DNA of 32,000 nt from positions 1,410,001-1,442,000 of the forward strand of contig NZ_CP019384.1 of NCBI RefSeq assembly GCF_004102945.1, read 5' to 3'. Shown here in pieces: positions 1 to 9,085 of the stretch. The notes beneath the pieces are model-generated. The model searched no databases. It was not told where the DNA came from and saw nothing but the letters and a program-made list of their open reading frames with translations. The stretch is from Candidatus Velamenicoccus archaeovorus (lineage in GTDB: Bacteria > Omnitrophota > Gorgyraeia > Velamenicoccales > Velamenicoccaceae). The translations under genes were made by a program, and so were the position numbers. Each line of letters opens with the position of its first letter. Positions within the stretch are counted from its first letter, which is position 1.

Positions 1-1
1 C

Positions 2-520
2 CAAAAACTGAAGTCGGGCGAGTCGTATACCATAGAAGAATTGATCCGAAGAATGATCATTTATTCTGACAATGAAGCAGCAAGCCTGCTGGTTGAAAAC
101 GACAAGACCACCTTCAGCTCTGTCCAAAAAAACCTGGGTATCGAATACTGGGAATACGACCAGCCGCCAGGAACGATGCGCGACAGATCCTACGCCTCTC
201 TCTTCAGGGTCCTCTTTAACGCTTCATATCTCAATGCCGCCCTGTCGGAGAAGGCCTTGGAGCTCTTGAGCGAAACCCAGTTTCCGTTTGGCTTGAGGGC
301 TGGGGTCCCGGCAGAAATCAAGGTCGCCCACAAGTTCGGCGAACGCGGCGAAGGCCTGGTCTTATACCTGCACGACTGCGGCATTATTTATTATCCCCGC
401 CACCCCTATCTTCTCTGCATCATGACAAAGGGGGGCAGCATGAAAAGCCTCGACAAGATCATCCAGGAAATCTCGCGCCTTGTCTATGAGGAAGTGGACA
501 GGCAAGCCTCCGCCTCTTAA
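2..520 (+). CDS. Serine hydrolase, class A beta-lactamase-like (C-terminal part; 5' end lies outside the window)
   Basis: The frame is open from base 2 (QKLKSGESYTIEELIRRM...), so the listed ORF 41..520 is an internal piece. It has an SDN motif (YSDNEAA) and later a KxG motif (HKFG), in the order expected for class A beta-lactamase/PBP-like enzymes. Stop TAA at 518-520. Confidence 0.7.
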   Translation, partial: QKLKSGESYTIEELIRRMIIYSDNEAASLLVENDKTTFSSVQKNLGIEYWEYDQPPGTMRDRSYASLFRVLFNASYLNAALSEKALELLSETQFPFGLRAGVPAEIKVAHKFGERGEGLVLYLHDCGIIYYPRHPYLLCIMTKGGSMKSLDKIIQEISRLVYEEVDRQASAS

Positions 521-594
521 ACTTCTTTCCTTCTGTCTCGGCGAAAAAATCGAATCCTGTCAGCCCATGCAAGCGGCGGCTGATGCACGGCCAA

Positions 595-2144
595 TCAATA
601 AACAAATTTCGCATACAGGTGTTCGACGGGAGCAAAATCGTCCGTCAGAAGGCAGGCATCCTCCCTTTCGGCCTCTGAGACATCACGGGAAAACCGTGCG
701 CACTCCGCCAGGCGGGGCACCTTGATGCGTCCCGAGCGCGCTTGGCCGTCGAGAAGATCGTATAATTCCTGGAATTCCAATCTCTCCCTTTGGCGGCTCG
801 CCACCATAATGATGTTCATAGGCCTGGCCTTGTCCTGCGGAAGATCAGAAAGAACGCCCGGAAAAACATACACCTGCGCGAACACCGATGCCATGGTTTT
901 ATAAACGGAACGGAACAGCGCGCCACCGGCCCCCTCCAGGGGGCTGATCAGATTAAAAGCAACCGCGCCGTCTTCTTCAAGCTTTTCATTTACCTCCGAA
1001 AAAAACTCCCTCGTCAAAAGGTGAAAAGGCACGTGGCCGCCCGCGTTGAATACGTCGATGACCACGACATCGTATTTTTCTCTCGTCTTCTGGACGAACC
1101 TCCTGCCGTCATCGACATAAGTCCGAAGCCGGGGCGCGGGAAAAAAGAAAAAGTAATCACGGCTGGCCTTGATGACCGAAGGATCGATCTCCACGACATC
1201 GATCTCGGCATCCGCATAATCGCACAAATAATTCCTCGGCGCGATCCCCCCGCCGCAGCCGATAAACAACACCCTTTTCATTTTCGGAGAGAAGGCCACC
1301 GGAAGATGCAACAGGCTTGTCGTGTTGTGGATGGAGCCGTATGGAACAGACAACGTGATGCCCGACTGTTCAATCCGATTGTCGAAACGCAGCTTTCGTA
1401 TGCCCGCGGCCGGCTCATCGGTAACAACAAGATGGTTATAGAAGGACCCTTTCTGGAAAACAATCACTTCGCCCGGGGAGGTTTCGACGAGCTGAGGCAA
1501 GGGGACTGTCACAAACAGCCAGGGCAGGGCAAAAACGGAAAGAGACGCCAGGCGCACGGGGCGGGCCGGCATCGTCAAAAAAACGACCGCGGAAACCAAA
1601 AGCAGAACAGAGCCCAATACAATAAAAATAGAAAATACTCCCAGGTGTCCGATCAGGAAAAAAGCCGTAAAGAGCGTGCCCAAGACATTGCCGGCCGTCG
1701 ACCAGGCGTAAAGCTCCCCCGTCACGTTACCGACGTTGGCGATATTTTTGACGCTGAATTTGACGGCAAAGGGAGATATGATGCCCAAGATGAAACTCGG
1801 CAAAAAGAAGATCAGGCAAGAAGAGACCAAAGACCCCAGCCTGTCTCCGATCTGAAAAAGAAGCATCTTGTTGACGGGGCCGGAAACAAAAGGGACGGCA
1901 ATGGTCAAAAGCCCGGCCCCCAGCAGCAAGGCCGCCCAGAGGGCATAAGAAGGTTTCCTGTCCGCCAGACGCCTCCCACGTAATAACCGCAGGCCAACGC
2001 CGTCAATAAAACACTGATGAGGCTGGACCAAACAAAGATCGTGCTGCCGTAATACGGCGCCAGAGCCCTGCTGGCGGCGATCTCCAGACTCATGAGAACG
2101 CCTCCGGCAATAAAGACAACGCCCTTAATCAAAAAAAATCTCAT
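595..2144 (-). pseudogene. Fused polytopic membrane domain / spermidine-synthase-like (class I methyltransferase fold) protein, split by an apparent 1-nt frameshift near 1966-1975
   Basis: ORF 1905..2192 (likely start MRFFLIKG at 2144) ends ...ACGYYVGGVWRTGN. ORF 595..2031 in another frame reads ...RGRRLADRKPSYALWAALLLG and continues through TM helices to VLFIGCGGGIAPRNY...EIDVVEIDPSV...DVVVIDVF, a spermidine synthase-like fold. One extra base after gga ggc would give a continuous YYVGGRLADRKP. Confidence 0.6.
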
Positions 2145-2216
2145 ATGCAGAAGTATCGGAGAGACAACCTGAAGAGATGGACCCGTCATCAAATAATCAA
2201 CCGGTTCTTTTCAGAA

Positions 2217-2480
2217 TCAAAAGAAAAAGGCGTTCCGCGTGTTGAGGGCCGCCAAGACCGCAAAGAGAGGACCAAAAATGGAATGGTTCCTGTGGATCCA
2301 ATCATTGATAAAATCGACCTTGCCTTCCAGGACGGTCACATAGATCCTCGAGTTGAATTCCAACCCAAGAAATTCTTCGATCGAGCGGAAGAGATGAGGC
2401 GAAAGCATGAAAATCAAGCTCAAGACCGTTGCTAAGGCCGAAAAAACAACCAAGAGGGTTTTAAAAATCGCATACGACAT
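2217..2480 (-). CDS. Hypothetical small membrane protein (87 aa, hydrophobic N- and C-terminal segments)
   Basis: ATG at 2480 with only a weak AAGG upstream. Two hydrophobic stretches (LLVVFSALATVLSLIFML; IFGPLFAVLAAL). No family recognised. Confidence 0.4.
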   Translation of the reverse strand: MSYAIFKTLLVVFSALATVLSLIFMLSPHLFRSIEEFLGLEFNSRIYVTVLEGKVDFINDWIHRNHSIFGPLFAVLAALNTRNAFFF

Positions 2481-2622
2481 GCTTGTTTACCTTGCTGAAA
2501 AAATTAGCGGACGACTGACATCGAGTTTTTCGAATATGAATGCCATAGTTTTTGAAAATCGATAATCGAGAATTGACCGCGGTCGAGAATTTTCCACGAT
2601 CAAATTTCGATTCTCGATTGCT

Positions 2623-2653
2623 CCGCCAAAATTTGCAGAGCAAATTTTGGCGG
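2623..2653. other. Perfect 13-bp stem / 5-nt loop hairpin (ccgccaaaatttg cagag caaattttggcgg)
   Basis: Read directly from the sequence. It lies in an ORF-free AT-rich spacer between the tRNA and the 87-aa ORF. No U-run on either side, so its terminator function is uncertain. Confidence 0.5.
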
Positions 2654-2716
2654 ACCCATTTGCAACAGAACTCAAGGGACCACGAATCGAACCCCAAGGG
2701 TTCGAATTGGTATCAA

Positions 2717-2808
2717 TGGCGGAGAGACAGGGATTCGAACCCTGGGGCCCAGTTGCCCAGGCCAACTGCTTAGCAGGCAGCTCCGTTCAACCACTCCGGC
2801 ATCTCTCC
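2717..2808 (-). tRNA. tRNA-Ser (anticodon GCU), long variable arm, CCA encoded
   Basis: The reverse complement reads GGAGAGA-TG-CCGGAGTGGTTGAACGG-A-GCTGC-CTGCTAA-GCAGT-(7-bp variable stem)-CAGGG-TTCGAAT-CCCTG-TCTCTCC-G-CCA. Acceptor stem is 7 bp, anticodon loop is C-U-GCU-A-A, and the T-loop is canonical. Confidence 0.92.
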
Positions 2809-2810
2809 GA

Positions 2811-2835
2811 GAAATTTTCCGACAAGGAAAATTTC
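2811..2835. other. Perfect 10-bp hairpin (gaaattttcc gacaa ggaaaatttc) 2 nt from the tRNA 5' end
   Basis: Read directly. On the minus strand it sits between the transaldolase stop and the tRNA. It could be a weak terminator or a processing structure. Confidence 0.4.
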
Positions 2836-2947
2836 GAGGACACTAAAGCGAACACGACGCATAAGCGCCGCGACCCGGCAAGGGCCGCAGCGAGCGATAG
2901 CGTCTTTTTATTATATCAAAGCCGCAAAGAGCTAACGGTGCGAACAC

Positions 2948-4072
2948 TCAACCCATCTTCTTTTTCAACGTGTCCAAAAGCGACCGGAACGAATTCTCAA
3001 AAGCCTTGAGGCCTTCCACCTGCGTATCACGACAAACCGCATCAAGATTCGCACCGAATTGCGCCACCTTGGCCAGCCAAACAACCACCTCTTCCAGCTC
3101 GCTTTCCAAAGAAAGCCCCAGGCGGCCGTGATCCTCATAAGCCAAGACTGTCTGGTGCGGCATCGTGTTGACCGTCTGGGGACCAATCAGGTTATCCACA
3201 TAAAGACAATCGCTATAAGCCGGGTTCTTCGTGCTTGTGGAGGCCCACAAAGGCCTTTGGACCCGCCCCCCCCTGGTCTTGATATCTCCAAATCTGTCGT
3301 CGGAAAACAATTGCTTGAACCGCTGGTAGATCAGTTTGCAGTTTGCGATCGCAATCTTGCCTTTAAGATCCCTGATGGCGTCTTTCCTGCCGAGATCCAT
3401 CTCTCTGGCCATGATCACGTCCAAGAGACTATCCACCTTCGAGTCGATCCGACTCACAAAAACACTGGCGACGGAAGCGACGCGCGAAACATCTTCGCCC
3501 ATCCGTATCCTGTCGCGCAGGCCGTCCTGGTAAGCCTGGGCTATGAGTTCATATTGCTCCTGAGAAAAAAGAAGGGTCACATTGACGTTAATGCCCTCGG
3601 CAATAAGCGCACGGATCGCATCGGGGCTCGATGCCGTCCCGGGGACCTTGATCATGATGTTTTGCCGGCCGATCTTTTTAAAAATATGCCTGGCGTATTC
3701 GATGGTCTTGTAGGCATCGTGGGCGTATTCCGGCAGGACTTCGATGCTGACATAGCCGTCCACGCCCTGCGTCGTCTCATAGACGCCCGCCAAAAGGGCG
3801 GCGGCGTCACGGACATCATCCGTCGTCAACTCATCATAGATGGCATAAAGGTCTTTGCCGGCGTCTTTGAGGCGCCGGATCTTGTCGTCATAGATGTCGC
3901 TCGACCCGACGGCCTTTTCAAAAATCGTGGGATTAGAAGTCACACCCACGATCCCCCTGTCAATGAGGCTTTTGAGCTCACCGCCGTCGATAAGACGACG
4001 GTCGATGTTGTCATACCAAGGGCTTTGGCCCATCTGGTAAAGTTTTCTCAACTTGCCGTTTTTATATTCCAT
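2948..4072 (-). CDS. tal: Transaldolase (long form)
   Basis: MEYKNGKLRKLYQMGQSPWYDNIDRRLI...GVTSNPTIFEKA...MIKVPGT are typical transaldolase blocks. I prefer the start at MEYKNG (ATG 4072) over the ORF maximum at 4132; the start is uncertain. Confidence 0.88.
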   Translation of the reverse strand: MEYKNGKLRKLYQMGQSPWYDNIDRRLIDGGELKSLIDRGIVGVTSNPTIFEKAVGSSDIYDDKIRRLKDAGKDLYAIYDELTTDDVRDAAALLAGVYETTQGVDGYVSIEVLPEYAHDAYKTIEYARHIFKKIGRQNIMIKVPGTASSPDAIRALIAEGINVNVTLLFSQEQYELIAQAYQDGLRDRIRMGEDVSRVASVASVFVSRIDSKVDSLLDVIMAREMDLGRKDAIRDLKGKIAIANCKLIYQRFKQLFSDDRFGDIKTRGGRVQRPLWASTSTKNPAYSDCLYVDNLIGPQTVNTMPHQTVLAYEDHGRLGLSLESELEEVVVWLAKVAQFGANLDAVCRDTQVEGLKAFENSFRSLLDTLKKKMG

Positions 4073-4221
4073 GGTCGAAATAGGGGCTGCAGGACGTAGC
4101 CGCCGGAATACCTTCCTTCGCACAAGAGGCATTCTGAAAGCAGGACAAAGCGGATAGGCTTAAAAGCTATCCCATTTTACTGCTGAGGTGCGTTTTTTTG
4201 AAGTTTTTTTTCAAAAAAGAC

Positions 4222-5070
4222 TTAGAAAAATTCCTGGAGAATCTGAGTGAGCTTGGAGGGATCGGGCCCCTGGGAAAGAATGGATTTTTCAGCCATCAGG
4301 CCGCAGGCGTCCTCATAAGCCGGGCGGCCATCGCGGTAGATGACACCCACCGGAATGGCATCTCCCCACTGGAGGGCCTTTTCAAAAGCCAGGGCCTTAT
4401 TGTGAGCATCGTAATCCTGGGGTAACGGCTGGATCCTGTGTTTATACCAGGCGAAGTTATTCTTTTTATTGAAAGTCACGCACGGCTGGAGCACATCGAC
4501 GAGCGAAAACCCTTTAAAGGCAACAGCTTGCTGGATCATGGAAGACAGATGAGCCTTGTCCCCAGAAAAACTGCGCGCCACAAACCCGGCGCCCAAGGCG
4601 ATCGCCATCGCCAAAGGATGCACGGGTTCGTTGATCACGCCATGAGGCTGGACCTTTGTAACAAAACCAAGATCGCTGGTCGGCGAAGCCTGCCCTTTTG
4701 TCAAACCATAGATCTGGTTATCATGAACGATCACCGTGATATCGATATTGCGCCTGATGGCGTGGATGAAATGGTTCCCGCCTTCGCCATAGATGTCGCC
4801 GTCTCCGGAGGTCACGATGACATGGAGGTCTTTGTTCGCCAGCTTGATCCCTGTAGCGGCGGGGATGGCGCGGCCGTGCAGTCCGTTGAAAAAATTGCAA
4901 TTCAGATATTGCGGCTCCTTGGCGGCCTGACCGATACCGGAGACAAAAACCGTCTTATGCATATCGATATCCAGCTTGACCAGGGCGTCTTTTAAGGCGT
5001 CGAGAATGCCAAAGTTCCCGCATCCGGGACACCATGCTGTTTCAAAATTTCCGAGGTCTTCAGGGCGCAT
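4222..5070 (-). CDS. korB: 2-oxoacid:ferredoxin oxidoreductase, beta (TPP-binding) subunit
   Basis: N-terminal WCPGCGNFGIL and TPP-binding GDGDxxxxGGNH motifs. Its start overlaps the korA stop by 1 nt (TGATG). Confidence 0.9.
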   Translation of the reverse strand: MRPEDLGNFETAWCPGCGNFGILDALKDALVKLDIDMHKTVFVSGIGQAAKEPQYLNCNFFNGLHGRAIPAATGIKLANKDLHVIVTSGDGDIYGEGGNHFIHAIRRNIDITVIVHDNQIYGLTKGQASPTSDLGFVTKVQPHGVINEPVHPLAMAIALGAGFVARSFSGDKAHLSSMIQQAVAFKGFSLVDVLQPCVTFNKKNNFAWYKHRIQPLPQDYDAHNKALAFEKALQWGDAIPVGVIYRDGRPAYEDACGLMAEKSILSQGPDPSKLTQILQEFF

Positions 5071-6806
5071 CAGCGTCGCCCTCCTTTCTTGCGAAGATCC
5101 TTGTAGGCGTCAACGACCTCCCGCGCGGTAAACGGCAGCCCATTGTACTTGGAGATACGCCGATCCATGACGACACCGGTTGTGCGCGTGATGAGGTTCG
5201 CCAACTGGCCTGTAAAATTATTCTCCGCGACAACGGCCAGCCGCACCTTTTTCAAAAAGTCAAAATGTCTCTTGTCCATCGGCCAGAGATCCTCAAAATG
5301 CGCCAAGGCGACGCTGACGCCGTCTGCCTGAAGGGCGTCGACAGCCTCCTTCAATGCGCCGTATGTCGAGCCCCATCCCACCAGGACTTCTTTGGCATTC
5401 CTGGGGCCGTACCAAGAAGGCCCCTTGAGCTCCCGCAACAAACCTTTCATCTTGCGATTTCTCTTCTCGACCATACGGGGCCGCATCTCGTCTAAGTCTT
5501 CCGTGATCCGGCCGTACTCGTCGTGTTCATCGCTGTCGGCAGCAACAAAACAATAAGGATTCCCCGGCAGGGCGCGTGGAGAGACGCCGGACGGCGTCAG
5601 AAGAAAACTCTTATAGTCTTTGGCCTGCCCCAACTCTCCTTCGGCCATAAGATAACGCTGAATACGTATTTTCTCAGGATGCAAGGCGTCGATCGCTGCA
5701 AAAGAATCCGCCAAAAGCTGATCTGTGAGTATGATGACAGGAATGCGGTATTTATCCGCGAGATTGAAAGCACGTGCCGTCGCGTAGAAACATCCTTCAA
5801 TGTCCGCCGGCGCCATCACCACACGCGGGAACTCGCCGTGGCCCGCGTGGATGGCAAAAAGCAGGTCTTCCTGCGCGGTTCTTGTCGGCAAACCCGTGGC
5901 AGGCGCCGGACGTTGGGCGAGAACGACGACGATAGGCGTCTCGACCATGCCCGCCAGGCTCAGGCCCTCGATCATCAGGGCAAAACCGCCGCCGCTGGAA
6001 GCGGTCATGGCGCGTACGCCGGCAAAAGAGGCCCCGACGGCCATATTGATCGATGCGACCTCGTCTTCAGACTGCTCCACGACAATATGGCACAACTCCG
6101 CCTTGGACGCCAGATACGTCATGATCCCCGTCGATGGACTCATGGGATAAGCAGAAATAAACTGGCATCCCGCGGTCAGGGCGCCAAGGGCAACAGCCTC
6201 GCTTCCGCCGACAAGCATCTTCGGCTTTCCGGCAGGCCGGCTGACATCCGTCGTTTTTACGGCAGGGGTCAGCTTGCGCGCGAAATCATACCCCGCGCGG
6301 GCAACCTTGACGTTTGTCTCTCCGGTCTCTTTGTCTTTTTTACCGAAGCTCTGCACCAAGAACGCAAAAAACTCCCCGGAGTCAAAATTCAAGAGCCCCA
6401 GGACCAGCGACGCGGCAACGGTATTGACCATGAGCTTATTGCCGCCGGCCTTCGATGCCAACTCGGCCATGGGCACATCCAGCATGCGGCCCGCCCCGGC
6501 GGGAAACGCGGCCTGTCTTGAATCAAAAATCACGATAGAGTCTTTGCCGAGCTCTTTTAAATGGCAGGAACTTTCCGTATCGAGGGCGACGAGGATGTCG
6601 GTTTTGAGAGAAGGACTATGGACAGGATGATCCGCAATGCGGATCGCAAACCAGTTGTGCCCGCCCCTGACGCGGGACTGGACGACCTGGTTGGCAAAAA
6701 CATGATAACCTTTACGCGCGAAAAGACGAGACAGAAGGCCGCCGATGGCCTGGAGCCCCTGGCCCGCCTCGCCGGCAATCTTGATCGTCAGGTCGACGTT
6801 AGACAT
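5070..6806 (-). CDS. korA: 2-oxoacid:ferredoxin oxidoreductase, alpha subunit (gamma-alpha fusion type)
   Basis: IKIAGEAGQGLQAIG (gamma-like domain) followed by GSEAVALGALTAGCQFISAYPMSPST (alpha domain). Start chosen at MSNVDLTIK (ATG 6806). The longer ORF start at 6935 would run through the intergenic repeat. Confidence 0.9.
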   Translation of the reverse strand: MSNVDLTIKIAGEAGQGLQAIGGLLSRLFARKGYHVFANQVVQSRVRGGHNWFAIRIADHPVHSPSLKTDILVALDTESSCHLKELGKDSIVIFDSRQAAFPAGAGRMLDVPMAELASKAGGNKLMVNTVAASLVLGLLNFDSGEFFAFLVQSFGKKDKETGETNVKVARAGYDFARKLTPAVKTTDVSRPAGKPKMLVGGSEAVALGALTAGCQFISAYPMSPSTGIMTYLASKAELCHIVVEQSEDEVASINMAVGASFAGVRAMTASSGGGFALMIEGLSLAGMVETPIVVVLAQRPAPATGLPTRTAQEDLLFAIHAGHGEFPRVVMAPADIEGCFYATARAFNLADKYRIPVIILTDQLLADSFAAIDALHPEKIRIQRYLMAEGELGQAKDYKSFLLTPSGVSPRALPGNPYCFVAADSDEHDEYGRITEDLDEMRPRMVEKRNRKMKGLLRELKGPSWYGPRNAKEVLVGWGSTYGALKEAVDALQADGVSVALAHFEDLWPMDKRHFDFLKKVRLAVVAENNFTGQLANLITRTTGVVMDRRISKYNGLPFTAREVVDAYKDLRKKGGRR

Positions 6807-6849
6807 AAATGAACCCTGAAGCCCCACGGACATAACCTCGCCCGCACAA

Positions 6850-6877
6850 GCGGACAGACTCCGTAAGTTATGGCCTC
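6850..6877. repeat. 28-bp perfect direct repeat, copy 1 (gcggacagactccgtaagttatggcctc)
   Basis: Identical 28-mer at 6994..7021. An 8/9 complementary partner (ggacataac, 6828-6836) lies downstream on the minus strand. Confidence 0.9.
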
Positions 6878-6898
6878 CCTGAAAATTACCTCTTTCTA

Positions 6899-6959
6899 CC
6901 CCGATTCGCCAAAGACGCTTCGTGAATTTTTTCAAAATTCACTTCGTTGGCGAACGGGG
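6899..6959. other. Long imperfect inverted repeat (outer ccccgattcgccaa / ttggcgaacgggg; inner gtgaatttt ttc aaaattcac)
   Basis: Read directly. It is centred between the two 28-mers, in the spacer between the 4-OT gene stop and the korA start. Confidence 0.7.
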
Positions 6960-6993
6960 TTAATTCGGCCGGATAACTTACGTCGCTCGTCCT

Positions 6994-7021
6994 GCGGACA
7001 GACTCCGTAAGTTATGGCCTC
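6994..7021. repeat. 28-bp perfect direct repeat, copy 2
   Basis: Identical to 6850..6877. It starts 2 nt after the 4-OT stop codon. A complementary partner ggccggataacttacg at 6967-6982 gives a 10 bp + 4 bp stem. Confidence 0.9.
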
Positions 7022-7022
7022 A

Positions 7023-7199
7023 TTAAAAGAACTTTTCCCCTTGCGCCCAGTTGGCACCATCCACCTCATCAATGACAAGATATGTGGCTTCCTTGGGTTT
7101 GTTGGCGACGCGCAAGAGTGTATCCGAAAACTCCTTGGCGATCTTTTCTTTCTGTTCGCGGGACAGCTTCCCGACGACCTTCAAGTTGATGTACGGCAT
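7023..7199 (-). CDS. 4-oxalocrotonate tautomerase family protein (58 aa; below the ORF-track length cut-off)
   Basis: My own translation: MPYINLKVVGKLSREQKEKIAKEFSDTLLRVANKPKEATYLVIDEVDGANWAQGEKFF*. It has the N-terminal Met-Pro and beta-alpha-beta layout typical of the 4-OT family. Strong RBS aaagagagga lies 5 nt upstream of the ATG. Confidence 0.75.
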   Translation of the reverse strand: MPYINLKVVGKLSREQKEKIAKEFSDTLLRVANKPKEATYLVIDEVDGANWAQGEKFF

Positions 7200-7335
7200 T
7201 GCGTCCTCTCTTTATTTGCAAGAACACAGGGGGTGGACAAAAAAGGCGCGCCTGCCCCGGTCCCTGCTTGCTTTATAGCATATCTCAAACGCGATGGCGG
7301 AGGAAAAACCGGACCCCGCCGATATCGAACCGCTC

Positions 7336-7935
7336 CTATGACGAAGAGTGGATAACAAAAATAGCGCTCAGGGCAAAGAGGTTCGGCCAGATCCGAACCA
7401 GGCGACGGCGGCCCAGATAGTAGGTGTGGAGGATGCGGATGTTCTTTTCGTCGCAGAAATTCCTGAAATCGCTGATACTCAAGAAATGAAGATTCGGCGT
7501 GTTATACCAACGATATGGCAACGAGGGCGTCACCGGCGTCTCCCCCAGGAAGAAAAGCCGCAGCCGCGCGCCGACATACGCGAAGTTAGGAAACCCGACG
7601 ATGACGTTCTTGCCGACGCGCAGGGCCTCCTTGAGGACAAAATCGACTTTCCTGGTCTCCTGCATGCTCTGGTTCAGGATCACGTAGTCGAAAGATTTGT
7701 CGGGATATTCGATAAGACCCGAGTCGATATCGCTGTGAAAGACACTCAGCCCCTTCTCGACGCACCTGTAAATCGCCTCTTCCGAAAGCTCTATTCCCTG
7801 GACATGCGCCCCCTTCTCCTTGGCCAGGAAATAAATAAGGTCTCCCTCGCCGCACCCCAAATCCAGGACCCTCGAGCCGGGCTCCACGATCTGATAAATG
7901 ATCTTATGATCCAGACGGACGGTATTGAATGTCAT
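7336..7935 (-). CDS. metW: Methionine biosynthesis protein MetW
   Basis: [16 protein letters not shown]-MTase-like motif and typical MetW length. Overlaps the metX stop by 4 nt. Confidence 0.85.
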   Translation of the reverse strand: MTFNTVRLDHKIIYQIVEPGSRVLDLGCGEGDLIYFLAKEKGAHVQGIELSEEAIYRCVEKGLSVFHSDIDSGLIEYPDKSFDYVILNQSMQETRKVDFVLKEALRVGKNVIVGFPNFAYVGARLRLFFLGETPVTPSLPYRWYNTPNLHFLSISDFRNFCDEKNIRILHTYYLGRRRLVRIWPNLFALSAIFVIHSSS

Positions 7936-9068
7936 CTGACGTTGTACCCCTTATAGGTCTTGTCCAGGAAGTGCTTGATCAGATGCGTCTCTTCCTCAAT
8001 TTCAAGCAGGAACGCATCGTGGCCGTAGGTGGAATTGATCTCACAATACGTGGCGTCGGCATGCCTTCGCTTCAGCTGACGAACGATCTCCTGGGACTGG
8101 TATAAAGGATAGAGCCAGTCCGAACGAAAGGCAATCACGAGGAAACGCGTCTCGGCCCGGCGCTCGGCCGGGATCAGCGAGTCCCCCGCGACATCGAAAT
8201 AATCCATGGCCTTCGTGATGTACAAATACGAGTTGGCATCAAAACGTTTGACAAAGTTATCCCCGCGATACCGCAGATATCCTTCCACCTCAAAATCCGT
8301 CTTGAACTGGAAGCTGTAATCCTTCTCTTTGAGACGACGGGAAAATTTTTCCTCCATGGACTTATCGCTCATATACGTGATGTGACCGATCATACGGGCC
8401 ACAGCCAGCCCTCTCTCCGGCTGTCCGTGGCCGTAATAGTCGCCCTCCCGCCATTCAGGGTCTGCCATGACGGCCTGCCGGCCGACCTCGTCGAAGGCGA
8501 TCTGTTGCGGCGAATGCTTCAGGGCCGTCGCTATCGGAATGGCACATCGCACGCGTTCAGGGTAGGAAGCGACCCATTGAAGCACCTGCATACCTCCCAT
8601 GGAACCGCCGCAGACACAAAGAAGCCTGCCAATGCCAAGGTGATCAATCAAATACCGCTGGGCATTCACCATGTCGCCGATGGTAATAACGGGAAAATCA
8701 AGACCGTAAGGCTTGCCTGCGGCCGGGTTGATCGAGGACGGCCCCGTGGACCCTTTGCAGCCGCCGATGACATTGGAACAGATCACGAAATATTTGTCCG
8801 TGTCAAAGGCCTTGCCGGGACCGATCATGGCATCCCACCATCCCGGATCCTCGTCTCCGGGATGGAACCCGGCCGCATGGGCGTCGCCCGACAATGCATG
8901 GCAGATCAGGACCGCGTTGCTTTTGTCGGCATCGAGCCTGCCGTAAGTCTCATAGGCCAACGTGATGGGCCCAAGCTTCTGACCGCCTTCGAGCAAAAGC
9001 TCGTGCGGCGATTCGGCAAAAGTCGCATATCGAGTCTCAACGTTCCCTAAGCTCTTCTTCTTATCCAT
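7932..9068 (-). CDS. metX: Homoserine O-acetyltransferase
   Basis: Alpha/beta hydrolase with GGSMGGMQ nucleophile elbow. The N-terminal [20 protein letters not shown] and [14 protein letters not shown] blocks are typical of MetX. Confidence 0.9.
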   Translation of the reverse strand: MDKKKSLGNVETRYATFAESPHELLLEGGQKLGPITLAYETYGRLDADKSNAVLICHALSGDAHAAGFHPGDEDPGWWDAMIGPGKAFDTDKYFVICSNVIGGCKGSTGPSSINPAAGKPYGLDFPVITIGDMVNAQRYLIDHLGIGRLLCVCGGSMGGMQVLQWVASYPERVRCAIPIATALKHSPQQIAFDEVGRQAVMADPEWREGDYYGHGQPERGLAVARMIGHITYMSDKSMEEKFSRRLKEKDYSFQFKTDFEVEGYLRYRGDNFVKRFDANSYLYITKAMDYFDVAGDSLIPAERRAETRFLVIAFRSDWLYPLYQSQEIVRQLKRRHADATYCEINSTYGHDAFLLEIEEETHLIKHFLDKTYKGYNVR

Positions 9069-9085
9069 CCTTTGTCTTTCTGCTC

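Noticed and set aside
790-1983. Long plus-strand ORFs antisense to well-supported minus-strand genes. The same applies to 3059..4099, 5523..6521, 8382..9050, 9072..10190, 10462..11085, 16659..17570, 17875..18501, 21729..22376, 22989..23546 and 26280..27044.
   Set aside because: Each lies fully inside a minus-strand gene with clear family motifs. Their products are low-complexity and rich in R/G/P/H, with no recognisable domains. They are shadow ORFs typical of moderately GC-rich DNA.
2687-2716. tRNA T-arm-like fragment downstream of tRNA-Ser as an att site of an integrated element.
   Set aside because: Similarity to the tRNA 3' part is only about 12 nt, no integrase or second copy is in the window, and the flanking genes are ordinary housekeeping genes.
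2552-3009. Plus-strand ORFs 2552..2773 and 2647..3009 spanning the tRNA region.
   Set aside because: They read straight through a well-formed tRNA gene and hairpin-rich spacer. They have no RBS or domain signal.
6850-7021. Possible CRISPR array, given the 28-bp perfect repeat.
   Set aside because: There are only two copies, the spacer (116 nt) is far longer than CRISPR spacers, no cas genes are in the window, and the intervening DNA is itself a palindrome.
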